From assembly GCF_009914755.1 (NCBI RefSeq), contig NC_060926.1: DNA of 64,000 nt; one strand, written 5' to 3'. Source of the stretch: the human T2T-CHM13v2.0 reference genome, Homo sapiens. Of the stretch, positions 37,210-50,504 are shown piece by piece; within the stretch, counting starts at the first letter, position 1, and each line of letters starts with the position of its first letter. Position numbers and translations under genes: made by a program. Under the pieces are notes generated by a model. The model saw only the letters and a program-made list of their open reading frames with translations. It made no database searches and had not been told where the DNA came from.

Positions 37210-38629
37210 TTTCTTCTTCCAAGTGGGCCAGGCTCATTATTGAGTAATTAGTTCTTACTCAGGTACCCACAATGGTGGCCAAACATACCTGAACTGTGTT
37301 AAAAACAAAACCAAACGAGAAAAGTGTTTCTGGTCTTATAATATTTGTTTGACACCTCAAACCTCTTATTTTCATTTCAGAGACTGATTAAATACAGTCT
37401 CAAGGTGATAAAATAACACAGTAGGATAAAAATAAAGTGACAAGTGGCAAGGGATGGTTAGTCATCTTTGATACCTGTGGATACTCAAACCCACCATTTA
37501 AAATGTCTTAGGTGTTAGATGTGGTAGGTGTTTCTATCAGGAACACATGGGAATAAAAACAAATTTAGAACTCACATCTGGGCTTCTCACTTCTAAAACA
37601 AGGGTCAGGAGGCCAGAAGGCGGAGCAGCGCATCAGTTAGGATTTGACAGGACCACCATGAGGGCTCTGAAGGCGGAGAGACTGCCAGATGCGATAAAGC
37701 AGAAGCTCACAGGACTCTTTTACAGGGCTCCTGAGGCCACGCCAGCAGTGGGAAAATCTCCAGAGTGGAACTGAATTCAAGAAACCTGTGTATAGAATAC
37801 TCCCTCAGCGACTTGGGGTTCCAGATCCAGCCACCTGAAAACTTTCCGGCATACAGCAAAAAGAAAACCCCTGATTTCCTAAACTCAATCAGCTTTGAGT
37901 TTAACGAGGGTGCCTCTGGGCCAATGTCTAATGAATCACAGGATCAGAGTCACCGCCTGATATTCTGTGGTTCTGGTGAAGCCTGGGCAGCACAGCAAGA
38001 CCCTGTCTCTACAAAAAATTTAAATGTTAACAATTAATTAAAATTTAAATTTAAATAAAACGTGTGGTGAGTGGCAAACTGCGGTTTCAAGCAATTAGAA
38101 GACAATCCCTCTTCTGAAATCCAGGTCCTTGGCTTTCTCATGCTGTCTCATCCTCCCAGCACCACACTCTCCTTTCTTTGCCTCCCAGTTCTTTTCTGTT
38201 GGCTGCTTCTCCTTCTGCTGCTGGGCTTTAGCAAGCTGATCCTGAGTGCAGTTGGTGGATGGCGACAGGCCGGATGAAGACAGCGATGGCAGTGACGTGA
38301 CGTCGCGGAACCAGAGGTTGTGCCCCATTGCAGTGGCCATTGCCAGAAGCCCAGGCCCGCTGCGGATCCACAGCCCTCCCTGCATCCTGGAACCCCCGCC
38401 ACCTTGTCACTGTCACTCTGGGTGAACTGCTTGCTTTGTGTCTGTCTTCCCATCAGACGACAGGCTCCCAAAGGCCAGGCCAGCCGTGTCTGCATGGCTG
38501 AGCTCGGGGCGCTCCAGCAGGGCGTCTGGCATGCAGCAGAGAGGGATCAATACTGAGAACAGAACAGAGGAAAAGGGCAGAAGCTCCAGGGCCAAGGTCA
38601 GCAGGAGGGAGGGCCTGGGCAGCCACAGC

Positions 38630-38755
38630 AGGGACACGAAATCTGACTCCGTTTTTTTCATCTGTAAAACTGAAATTGTGACTCAAGAGTTGTGGAGATT
38701 AAATATGAAGACCGCTGAAAAGTGACAGTGGCGCTGGCTCACAGCTGCACTCAGT
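38630..38755 (+). mobile_element. MIR
   Basis: 'gtttttttcatctgtaaaactg...gagttgtggagattaaat'. Confidence 0.7.
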
Positions 38756-39462
38756 TGTGGTGACAGCCAGTGCCCTTGTGTCCACCTATGTAACCATCCC
38801 CAGCCTGGGGACTTACACAGCCCAACGTCACGTGTATTTGCTGCACTTTTAGTTGCAATTCACAAAAGCTGGCTCCGGCTGATTAAGCAGAAAAGGAGAT
38901 CAACGTGAGGGGCTGGGTGGAAGGGGAGGGGTGCCAGGCAGCTCACTCTCACCAGCCATGCCGAGGGCCAGGCTAAGGGGAGCCTCTGGGGGCCAAGCTC
39001 GGAGCCTCACCAGGGCCATGGCCCAGCAGGGGAGTCTCTGCGGCCCCCATCCAGCACAAAGGAAGCCACCCCACAGCTCTGCTGCTGCCTTAGGCTGCTG
39101 CGTGCCAGGGACCGACCACCACCTGGAAGTCACCGGCACTGCTGCCACCTCGACCGCCACTCACAGCAGCAGTGGCAGCCCCCACTGTCCCCTCACGCTG
39201 CCACGTCTGAATCAGTCTCACCCAAATGCTCAGGCCAGCAGAGTCGGGTCACAGCGAAACTGGAAAATAGATTTCTTATTTTCATATTGGGAAATGCGAC
39301 TAATAACCTAGGAAATTTCCCCAAGCACAGGAAGACTACTCCAAAGATAAGGAGCAGCCACAAACCCGCCAGACGCCGGCAACCTGACTTCTGAGTGTTT
39401 CCCGGCACCGTGAACACAATAGACGACACGTGATACGGTGCGGCCTCTGCGCCCGGGAAGCT

Positions 39463-39478
39463 TCGCCCTCTGCTGGCA
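39463..39478 (-). promoter_or_regulatory. Candidate CTCF site in a small CpG-rich unique island
   Basis: Minus strand reads TGCCAGCAGAGGGCGA, a close match to the CTCF core; 39365-39515 is CpG-dense. Confidence 0.5.
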
Positions 39479-40067
39479 GACGGCGGGATCCATCGGGTGC
39501 TGGGAGGACCGGGAATCACAGCAGGCTGACCAGCCATAACAGACAGAGTATAACCCCAAAGAGTCAATCGCTGTCAAAGGAAGACTGTTAAAAATCTTAT
39601 ACAGTTATATAATTTGGGTTGAATAATGAAGATTCTCATAAAACCCTATCACTCAAATCTCCGATTTACAGTACTTGTTGCATGGTTTGAAAAGATTTCC
39701 TGTTACAAAATCCCCACTGTGTGATTTGCTGACTCTGATGTAGGAAGACAGACACGGTCACCAAGTTCACACAGAAAGGATCCATCTGAAGGGCTGGAAA
39801 CGCCCAGGCACGCGGACAGGCAGCGGTGAAGCCACAGAGATGATCTTCCCAAGACCCCACGGAGCGCCACGCAAGGCTGGAGAGATCCAGGGAACAGCGT
39901 GCTGTGCGCGGGGAGGTGGTCCGGCGAGATCGGAGTTGAGATGGCCAGGGCTGAGGAACAAAGTGTCCAGGGTTCCCAGCGTTTCTCAGAATCACCCAGG
40001 CAACCTCATCAGAAGACATGGTTCTGCTCCACATCCAGCAACCAAGACTATGTGATCCTGACACCTG

Positions 40068-41054
40068 CAGTTCAGCCCTCCACTCCCGTCCTGTTCAACC
40101 CTCCACTCCCGTCCAATTCAGCCCTTCAGTCCCGTCCAATTCAGCCCTCCACTCCCGTCCAGTTCAGCCCTCCAGTCCCGTCCAGTTCAGCCCTCCACTC
40201 CCATCCTGTTCAACCCTCCACTCCCGTCCAATTCAGCCCTTCAGTCCCGTCCAATTCAGCCCTCCACTCCTGTCCAGTTCAGCCCTCCAGTCCCGTCCAG
40301 TTCAGCCATCCAGTCCCGTCCAATTCAGCCCTCCACTCCCGTCCAGTTCAGCCCTCCAGTCCCGTCCAGTTCAGCCCTCCACTCCCGCCCAGTTCAGCCC
40401 TCCACTGCCATCCAGTTCAGCCCTCCATTCCCATCCAGTTCAACCCTCCAATCCCATCCAGTTCAACCCTCCAGTCCCGTCCAGTTCAGCCCTCCAATCC
40501 CGTCCAGTTCAACTCTCCACTCCCGTCCAGTTCAACCCTCCACTCCCGTCCAGTTCAACCCTCCACTCCCAACCAGTTCAGCCCTCCACTCCCGTCCAGT
40601 TCAGCCCTCCAGTCCCATCAGTTCAGCCCTCCACTCCCGTCCAGTTCAACCCTCCAATCCCATCCAGTTCAACCTTCCACTCCCGTCCTGTTCAGCCCTC
40701 CAATCCCGTCCAGTTCAACCCTCCACTCCCGTACAGTTCAGCCCTCCACTCCCGTCCAGTTCAGCCCTCCAGTCCCGTCCAGTTCAACCCTCCACTCCCG
40801 TCCAGTTCAGCCCTCCACTTCCATCCAGTTCAGCCCTCCAGTCCCATCAGTTCAGCCCTCCACTACCGTCCAGTTCAACCCTCCAATCCCATCTAGTTCA
40901 ACCTTCCACTCCCGTCCTGTTCAGCCCTCCAATCCCGTCCAGTTCAACCCTCCACTCCCGTCAGTTCAGCCCTCCACTCCTGTCCAGTTCAACCCTCCAC
41001 TCCCATCCAGTTCAACCCTCCACTGCCGTCCAGTTCAGCCCTCCACTCCTGTCC
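40068..41054. repeat. 23-bp minisatellite (CAGTTCAGCCCTCCACTCCCGTC), ~43 copies
   Basis: Direct tandem repeat. Confidence 0.98.
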
Positions 41055-41904
41055 TGTGCCCCCATTGAGTAACGGACTGGGGCCACCTTCACAGACCTGA
41101 CAACCCTGGGGAGGAGCAGGTGCAGGAGACGGGGAAAGACAGACAAAGGGGGACCTGCCCGCCCTCCAGAAAGGCCCTCACCATTGACGACACCGCCACA
41201 ATCTCTCCCACAGCCAGGCTGAAAGTGATCTGACAGTTTCAACTCACCCCTTTCATTTATGTCTATATCCAGACAGTCTTCTAAGTGTCTGTCATATCCA
41301 TTTCTGATAAATTCTCACCTCCTCCCAGGCGGTTCATAGGCTCTGTTCTCCTTTCTTTCCTATTTATTCTGTATTTTCCTACAAGATGACTCCTTGTTAC
41401 ATATTACCATCATCACGCCAATTCTATGACCTGAAAATTTCAAATCGCTGCTTCCCCCCTTTCTACTGAGTTCCGAGGCAGTCACTTGGGTCTGAGCCCA
41501 CTACAGTGTAAAGCCACGCCTTTTACAAACAATACTGTGCTGAACTTATTGACAGACACAAAAACGAAACTGGGGTGAGCTGCATGGGCACCCAGCGCAG
41601 ACGCATTCAGCCTGAGGGACAGAGGCCCGAAGTCATCATTTCGTCATGCTAGTGGTGGCCTGGGTCCCGCCCCGCCCCTTCCCTTGGCTCCTCTGAACAG
41701 CGCTGTACACACCTTTCCCACATTCTGGGTTTCTATGGATATTTGGTTGGATTTGTTCTCTTTTCCCGCCTTCTGTTTCCCAGGTTAGTGTTTTATGCAG
41801 AATTCATTATCTAAGATTCTTTAACTTATTCCCTGGTCACTCGTTTTTGGTGATATCATATATTACCTTTTGTCATAAGAAGTTTGGTTTTCTTTATGAA
41901 ATTA

Positions 41905-42339
41905 CGGTTGGGCCATAAACAACACACAGTTTAGGGGCACCAAACCCCAACACAACTGAAAAATCTGTGTGTAACTTTTGGCTCCCCAAAAACTTAACTA
42001 CTAATAGCCCACTGTTGCCCAGAAGCTGTACTAACATAAATAGTAGATTAACATATTTTGTATGACAAATGTATTACAGACTATATTGTTATAATTAAGT
42101 AGCTAGAGAAAAGAAAACATTTTTAGGAAGATCATAAGGAAGAGAAAATATATTGACTATTCATTAAGTGGAAGTGGGATCATCATAAAGCTCTTCATCC
42201 TGTCGTCTTCACACTGAGCAGACTGAGGAGGAGGAAGAGGAGGTGTTGGTCTTGCTGCCTCAGGGGCAGCAGAGGCAGAAGAAAATCCATGCGTAAGTGG
42301 ACCCCCCCAGTCCAAACCCATGTTGTTCAAAGTCAACTG
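41905..42339 (-). mobile_element. Tigger2a non-autonomous DNA transposon
   Basis: 435 bp flanked by TA on both sides; ends cggttgggcc... and ...gttcaaagtcaactg; internal 'aaaacttaactactaatagcc', 'gatcataaggaagagaaaatatatt'. Confidence 0.9.
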
Positions 42340-42430
42340 TACTGTTTAGTTATAGAGTCAAAAAAGAGAACTCCTTTTCCTATATTTGCTATTTAGGATG
42401 TACATAAATATACGGTTTCAAACTCCAATC

Positions 42431-42738
42431 TTTTTATTTTTTTTTTAATTTATTTATTTTTTTGGAGGGAGTCTTGCTCTATTGCCCAGGCTGGAGTGGC
42501 GTGATCCGGGCTCACTGCAACCTCCCCCTCCTGGGTTCAAGTGATTCTCCTGTCTCAGCCTCCTGAGTAGATGGGATTACAGGCGCCTGCCACCACACCC
42601 TGCTAATTTTTGTATTTTAGTAGAGATGGGGTTCTACCATGTTGGACAGGCTGGTCTCAAACTCCTGACCTCAAATGATCCGCCTACCTCAGCCTCCCAA
42701 AGTGCTGGGATTACAGGTGTGAGCCACTGTGCCCAGCC
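42431..42738 (-). mobile_element. Full-length AluS (Sx/Sz-like)
   Basis: Complete antisense Alu; TSD caaactccaat/caaattccaat. Confidence 0.95.
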
Positions 42739-43129
42739 CAAATTCCAATATGTGTCAAAAACTCCAGACAGCCCCTCCCAGCCCTCACCCAGCAGCTCCT
42801 GCCAGTGTCTCCCCGGACCCAGCGGCTCCTGCCCTAATGTCTCCCGGCCCCAAGCCAGAGGTAGAGGGCATTGGGGTGGGTGCCTCCCTTCCTCAGTGGC
42901 ACAGTGTTCATGCAGGAGCCCTACCATGCTGGGGCCCCAGAAAGCAGGCCTATGGAGACTGTCTCTGTGCAATAGAACCAGCAGCCCCACTTCTGCAGGA
43001 GCAGCACCAGGCAGCCAGGAAACAAGAGCCCCGCCCTGCCCACTACCTGCGCACAGCCTCAGGAGCAGCCCGGGCACGGAAAGACGGCATCCCCACTCTC
43101 GCTCATGTGCCAGCTAAAACGCACTTCTC

Positions 43130-43465
43130 CTGGAGGGAGAGAGTAGACTGCCCGTTACCAGAGGCTGGGAAAAGAAGTGAGGCAGGGATGAAGAGAAGCT
43201 GGTGAATGGTATAAACATAGTTATATGGAAGGAATAAGTTCTAGTATTTGATAGTATAGTAGGAAAATTAGAGTTAACAAAACTTTACTGTATATTTCAG
43301 AATAGCAGAAGAGAATTGTAATGTTCCCAACACAAAGGAAAGATATGTTAGCCATTTGGTTATCCCAAATGATCCTATTTGATCATGACCCATTGTATAC
43401 ATGTATCAAAATATCACATGTACCTCCAAAATATGTACCTCTATGCTATATCAATTAAAAAAAGA
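43130..43465 (+). mobile_element. L1MA 3' UTR end
   Basis: 'gttaccagaggctgggaa...aggaataagttctagtatttgatag...catgtatcaaaatatcacatgtacc...tcaattaaaaaaa'. Confidence 0.9.
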
Positions 43466-43689
43466 ACAGGCCTGGGAATGCTCTCGGCGTCTCCCACACA
43501 CAACAGAGCCACACCAGCCCCAGGAAGAACATTCCAGCGCTGGCCGACGCTGTCGGCCGTGTGTGGCCACGGAGGCCTCAGAGAATGAGGCCCACTTGCA
43601 CAGACTGTGGGGCTCTGACAGCTGCCACTGGAAACACAGCCCGTGGAAGAAGGCCAGGACCCAGTCCCCAAACCTAAACAGGGTGACTG

Positions 43690-45170
43690 AAATATGACCC
43701 AGAGTTTCCCATGAACCAGGAAATCAAAATTTGAATGAGAAAAGACAGTCAATGGACAGGATGATCTTAAAGCAGCCGCCATAAAGATGCTTCCATGAGG
43801 GACTCTTCTCTTGAAACAAATAAAGGGAAAAACTCAGAAAATTTCAACAAAGAGATGAAAGATATAAAAAAGAACCAAATGGATGAGTTCAATAGCAGCA
43901 CAATAAATATGGCAGAGAAAACATTTAAAGACAGAACAACAGGAAATGTCCAATTTGAACACCAGACCAGAGAGAAAATAGACGGAAAAAAAAATGAACA
44001 GCCTCAGGAATGCGGGACAATAGCAGATGGCCTCAGTCTCCAGAGAGGAGAAAGTGAGGTTGAAAAGCATTTGTGGGAATAATGGACAGAGAGTCCTCGA
44101 ATTTGGTGAAGGACGTTGCCTACAGATTCAAGAGCCTGAGAAAATCTCAAGTAGCATACACCCCAAGAAAGCTATTCCAAGACATGGCACGATTAGACTT
44201 CTGAAAACTAAAGACAAGAACGAAAATTGAAAGCAGCCTCTGCTCTTCATTCAAACTGGATCACCAAGTTCTCACCCGAAACCAGAGACCAGAACAAAGC
44301 AGAACAATATTTTTCAAATATTTCCATTTTTCAAAGAATTGTCAACCTTGAAGTTTATATTCACTGCAAGTATCCTTAGGAATGAAAGGGAAATAAAGAT
44401 ATTTTCAAAAGGAGGAAAACTAAGGAAGTTTGCCACAAGCAGACCTACCCTCAAAGGATGGATAAAGAAAATTTTTCAAACGGAAAGAAATTATAATGAA
44501 AAAAGGCTTAGAACTTCTGAAAGAAAAGAACAACGAATGGGCAAAAACCAGTAAATACAGTAGACATCTTTCTTCTCGTGAGCTTCTTAAACCATATTTG
44601 ATGGTTGGCGAAAAAATTACACCACCACATCTGATGGTCAATGTACAGAGAGAAAACACTTAAGACAATTATATTCTTAAAGTGGGAGGGCAGAGATGGC
44701 CTCGATGGAAGTGGGGCTCCTCTATTCCTCTCGAGGTAGGAAAATGCCAATAACTGTGGGTTTGGTAAGTGACATACGTATATTGTAATATCTAGAGCAA
44801 GCATCAAAGCACCTCTACAGAGTTGTATATTCAAAAACACTGTAACTAAATCAAAATGGAGTATTAAAAAACGTTCACATAACTCAGGAAGGTGAAAGAG
44901 AAACAGAACGATGAGAAACAAAGAGAACAGAAAACAAATAACAACATGGCGGAGTTAAGCCCTAAGAGATCAATAATTTAGAGGTCAGTAGTCTCAGTAT
45001 ACCAATGACAAGACAGAGATTGGCAGAGGGAATAAACACACGCACATAAACACACAACCCAGCTCCATACGGCCTATGCAGTCTACAAAAAATCCCACCT
45101 CCCAAAACCCAGAGCATCCCGGGAAAGGAAAAACAGTGGGCGAGGGAGGTGGGAGTGGAGGGCATGAAAA
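43690..45170 (+). mobile_element. Old L1 (L1MD/L1M4-type) ORF1, inter-ORF region and ORF2 start
   Basis: ORF1-like peptides DIKKNQM, LQIQEPEKISSSIHPKKAIPRHGTIRLLKTKDK, EIKIFS..KLRKFATSRPTLK; EN-like 'gacagagattggcagagggaataaa'. Confidence 0.88.
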
Positions 45171-45381
45171 TGGCCGGCGCTCGACCAGGACCAGGGTCAC
45201 TGACTTGAGACCCCAAAACGACAGATGCTTCCCGATGGGAGTGAAGGTTGAAGAGACCGGTCCACACCTCCTTCTGTTCTAACACCCCCCTTACTACCTG
45301 TTCAAAGGAGGTAATCATGTGGGAGAGAGGCAGCAGAGCTGGGGGTTAGGAAAGAGACGGTGGTGTGGGTAGGATTCTCCC

Positions 45382-45452
45382 TGCAGGCTCTGGCAGCGCC
45401 CCTGTGTACGCACAGGTGTGCAGGCTCTGGCAGTGCCCGTGTACGCACAGGG
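45382..45452. repeat. ~37-bp tandem duplication
   Basis: tgcaggctctggcag.gccc..gtgtacgcacagg occurs twice. Confidence 0.85.
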
Positions 45453-45848
45453 CAGGGACGCTCCCTGCGCTGCTCCAAACTGGAATATTCGCGTCTCCCC
45501 ACTGCAGACACCAGAACACAGCCACTACCCCACACAAGCAAGAACAGCCCCTGAGGTTATGTGCCCACGGCAAGGTCACCACACTCTGTTAGAGAAAAAG
45601 GAGCTGGAAAGTTGTTTATATATTAGGAGTGCATGCTTGGTTCAGCGCCAAGGTCAGAAAACAATGTTTCCACAGTCACCCAAGATTGACTACAGCAAAT
45701 AGCTATCCGTTCTGAAGACGACAAATGGTTTCCAAACAACAGGAAATAGATACTAAGGGTATTATAAAAATCTTCCTTTTTAATATTTTTCTTAGGGAGA
45801 GAAGAAATACCAGTAAGTTCTCAAAGGCTTTTAAAAGTCTTGATAATT

Positions 45849-46257
<409 letters not shown>

Positions 46258-47157
46258 CTATGTCTCAATGGTATACAAATATTTAAAATTATTTTATATA
46301 CTAAACTTTGTTACACTGATAAATATTTTATGATTCCCCCAAATCAATCAATTTTTTTTTCAAATAAACAAATTAGCCCAGTTTCCCATATGTTAGGGGA
46401 AATAATTGCTGGGTAAAAAATAAATTTTTCTTGAAACTTGATTCTGAAATTTTACGTACAAGACCCCGAGCAAACCAATGTCTCTGAACTTCCTATTTTC
46501 TTGTTTACAAAAATGGAGCATATGAAGATGCCCACTCTCAGACGATTACCAGAAATATCACATTGCAATAGCTTGAAGAGTGCTTTGAAAACTGGCAAGC
46601 AAAGACAAGGTTACTACTTACTTAGGCCTAGTATGTGCACAGGTAGAACGGTCTCTATCAACACAAGTGCCTCCACCTTCTAAGCTTTACTATTTGATAG
46701 ACCAGAAAAAGCCCACAGAATTTTCTTCTCCTTGGTCCTGTTACACACTCTCAAGATGATCTCTTCCTAGAAATATGTGATTTTCAAATATACAATAATT
46801 AGTAGTTTTGTATCTTTTGAGATTCCAGAAATGATTTCTTTTCACATTAAAAAAAAATATTTTTAGAAAGTAATTCTGCATGATTTTTATGGGGGTGAGG
46901 GGGCAGCTACAAGCAAGTCCCATAAGGTCAAGGACTTGCTTTTTTCACACTTAGAACATATAGAAGGCAGTGGCATATTTTAAATCTGAGAACATGTGGC
47001 ATTCTCTTACAACAGTTTCTTTTTCTTCTATTCATTTAGTTCAAAAAATGTTGAGGCTTAAGACAGGCCAGACATTCTCCCTACTAACTCCTGTCTCACC
47101 CACCATCCCTCGTTCAGAATCAGGAGGGCATGAGGTGGTGTCTGCAGAGTACAGGGC

Positions 47158-47372
47158 TAGGGGTCCAGTCACAGGGCGCCAGGGGCCTCCAGTCACGAGG
47201 TGTGGGCGGCAGCTCCAGTCCCAGGGTGCAGGGGGCTCCACTCGCAGGATGCTGTGGTGGGGGGCTCCATTCGCGGGGTGCTGGGCGGGGGGGCTCTACT
47301 CTGGGGCACCAGAGGTGGGAGGGGAGCTCCAGTCACCTGGGGCATGAAGCTCCAGTCTTGGGGCACTGGGGT
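47158..47372. repeat. Degenerate G-rich tandem repeat built on GGGGCTCCAGTC, ~8 copies
   Basis: Recurrent ctccagtc/ctccactc/ctccattc at irregular ~20-35-bp spacing. Confidence 0.65.
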
Positions 47373-48352
47373 CCCTGTGCAGTGTCGGGGTTGTCCCCAG
47401 CCTCTGCTGAATCCTGCGGGAACCTGGACCTGGCCTTCTTTGGAACAGCGCACAGAACCACATAAGGACCTGGCGGTCACTCTCGTGCTGACATACAAAT
47501 GACACCCTCCACCCTATAGCTTTCATTGACCCAAGATAACTGTGTGTTGGAGCCACAACACACAGTTATCCCCTCTGTCTGATAACTGAAGTGCCTGAAG
47601 ATGAGTCTCGGGACGCTCCCAAATTTCCTCAAGTTGCCCCCCGAATCTGTCCATCACTCTGCACATGGAGTGACCTGCAGCCACATCAGTCCCCATCTGT
47701 CTGCTCTGCCTATGGCCACTGAGGCCGCATTCCGGGTGTGCTCTGACGTTTTACCCGCCATCCCACTGACCACAGCTTGGTCAACGGAGGCTAAGGTTGC
47801 ACTGCTTTTTAGGCGGCTGTGGCATAAAATTGAGTTTCCTGGCAAAGACAGTCCCTGGAAGGTTCTGTGTGCCTGCTGTGGGGATGAGACTCACGTCTGA
47901 GGGGCAAAGTTCATTTTTCAGACCCCATGATGGGACTTCTCTCACTGCCTCCAAAATACACCCTGTCCAATATTCCATCTCCAGGTTCCCATGGTCCTCC
48001 CAAGGCTCCCTCCCACCACTCAGCACCTGCTCATCATTGTCAGCATGTTTCTGGTCTCTTAAAATTGAAGTTTTATCCCTAGCTTTGCAGGTAAAGCTTT
48101 GCAGGGAGAAGGACCCACGATGCCACTGCCTCTGTGCTCAGGGGATAACGGCGGGGTGGGGAAGAGCCTCCACTGGTCCCTTCAACGAGATCTTTGGTGC
48201 CCCAGGCTTGAGAAGGTTCTTGATGGTTACGTTGCTTTGTCTGCCTCTGCTGGTCTGTGACATGAGCACGTCATGGCCTGACCACCGCTGTGGGCCTCAT
48301 TCTGGAATGGATGCTACCTAACAAAGCCTCATATGGAGGTACACCCACTGAT

Positions 48353-48472
48353 AAGGGTCACCAGATTGAGAAATAAAAACTTGGCACAGGACTGACTGAC
48401 ACTGAAAACTACTCCTTATTTACCTGAAATTCAAGTTTAACAGGATATCCTGTGTTTTATCTGACAACCCTA
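48353..48472. mobile_element. MER53-like hAT MITE, internally deleted
   Basis: Inverted ends agggtcaccagat and atctgacaacccta; 'ctgaaattcaagtttaacaggatatcctgtgttttatctg'. Confidence 0.65.
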
Positions 48473-48994
48473 CTTCCGATGCACACTTCGCACCTCAGCT
48501 TCAACACAAATCTACAAGAAAGGTACAGGACGTATATTACCTATCAGCCTCAAGGAGACCCAGTGACCCAATGAGGCTGGGTGACTGCCTCCAACTCAGA
48601 GTCCACAGTGCCAAAGCTGCGATGAGGGCTGCACTTCTTCCCACTGGGGGCCAGACAGCCACCCACCCCTTAGACACAAAGTCTCATGTGAGGTGAAAGG
48701 GGTGCTGAGAGGGTTAAAGGCAGTGAGGACCCAATTGGATATCACCTGATCCCTGGGAGAGGACATGGATTCTGAGAGGCAGAGACCTGGAGGAAGAAGA
48801 TCGAAGGCTGAGAGAGCAGCACAAAATGCCGCCTGAGAGTTAAAAAAGTGGGTGGGGGGGTTCAAGGCGCACAGACCTGAGCACTGTGGACAGGCATGGC
48901 AGGAGACGAGGGTCAAAAGGTGGCTTGGGGCCAGCTCACAGTAGGACACAGAGCCCAGTCCTCCAGGTGAATGGGCACTGAACACTCGCTGGAC

Positions 48995-49130
48995 TCCCAC
49001 AAGTATTATTCCCATTTATGTGGACATAAACGGGCTTCGAGAAGGTCCACAAATTGCTGAAGGCCTCAGGGGTAATAAATGCTGGGACCAGGGTGAAAAT
49101 CCCCATCTGCCTAAATTTATAGCCATTTTC
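48995..49130 (-). mobile_element. MIR within degraded L2 pieces (~48680-49240)
   Basis: 'gtattattcccatttatgtggacataaacgggcttcgagaagg...gggaccaggg'. Confidence 0.55.
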
Positions 49131-50504
49131 AGCTCTCCCCACTGTCAGGAGCATAGTAAGGAGCCTGGGCTTTATCGCCCTAGCTTCTGAGATGCACAGT
49201 AAGTGTTTGGATCTGGGTTTCAGAAAAGTCACTGTAGGAGTCAAACTGTCTTTGTTCCCATGAGAAACTCAAGGCCCAAGCTGGGGCCTGGGCAGAAATG
49301 AAGGAAAAAACAGGATTCGGATCAGGGAGGGCGAGGAAGGCAGAGGCAAGAGGGCTCATTATGTGCATCTGACCCTCACCCCCCGGTCTTCATTAGCAGC
49401 GGGTCACAGCAGCAGCCGGGGCTGTCCCCGAGCTGCGGGCCTGGGTCAATGGCCCTGAGCCGCTGGGACCCGGGGAGGGTGGCACTAGCTGACCCAGCCC
49501 CCCTCTCACGCTAGCTCCCCGGAGAGCACCACCCGGGGAGCAACATCGGCGGATGCAGAGCACACACGCTGGCCATATGTCATTGGGGCGCCGCGCTGGC
49601 AGCTTTTCATGGCTCTAATTTCCCGAGGACTCTGCGCCAGCGTGATCTACAGTCTTCCTGACATTTCACCTTCCTCTGCTGAAAAATTCATCCCAGTTCT
49701 AACGTGGGACGCTCGTTCCCAAGTACAGAGGCAGGAGATTGATTCCGGCTGCCGCTAATGCCAGCTGCCACTCAGCCCCCTTTCCTGAGGCCAGGGCTTG
49801 CTCGAGCTAAGCCAGTTCCCAATTATACAGCAGGCTTCACAGTCCTAATTTATCAATCTTTGCCACATCATTTTACATTTATTCTCCATCATGGGTGGAC
49901 ATTTATTATTTTTAAGGCTATACTCTCTTTTTTGGTCTTCCTGAAATTTCACCAGTATGTTGAGGATTTTCATATTTTCACTGTACTTGGCTTTTCTTCG
50001 TAAAGACTATCTTTCCAAGACCACAGGGTGACAAGCATTTCTGTGACAGGCAGAAGAGGAGCAGGAGCTGGGCTCAGGGCCCTCGGTGGTCTCACTCACC
50101 GGCCAGCCTGTTGCCGTCCCTCTCTTGTGTCCCCTCCCAATCCCCCTGGGACCTTCTGAAGGACACACCTGATCCTGGGACTCCTCTGGTTCTAGGCTCC
50201 GATGCCCCTCTGACTGCCTGCAGAAAGCTCTCTCCCCCAGCCTCCAGCTAGCCTCTCCCCAGGACCTGCCTCAGCCGCACTGGACCAACAAGCTGCATGC
50301 ACCTGCGGATGCTCTCACCTAGGCCTGAGTTGTGCCCCACGGGCTCTGCCTGGTGACCTGCCGCTCACTCTCAGGACCAGCAACAAGAGTGCTGGTCACC
50401 CTGAGGCCTCCCTGGCAAGGCCCTGCCCTGGCGGTGTCCACACAGCATCTTCTGCTGCTGCTCTCCGGCAAACTGCATCCCCTCGTGCTGCACTTACTCA
50501 CATG

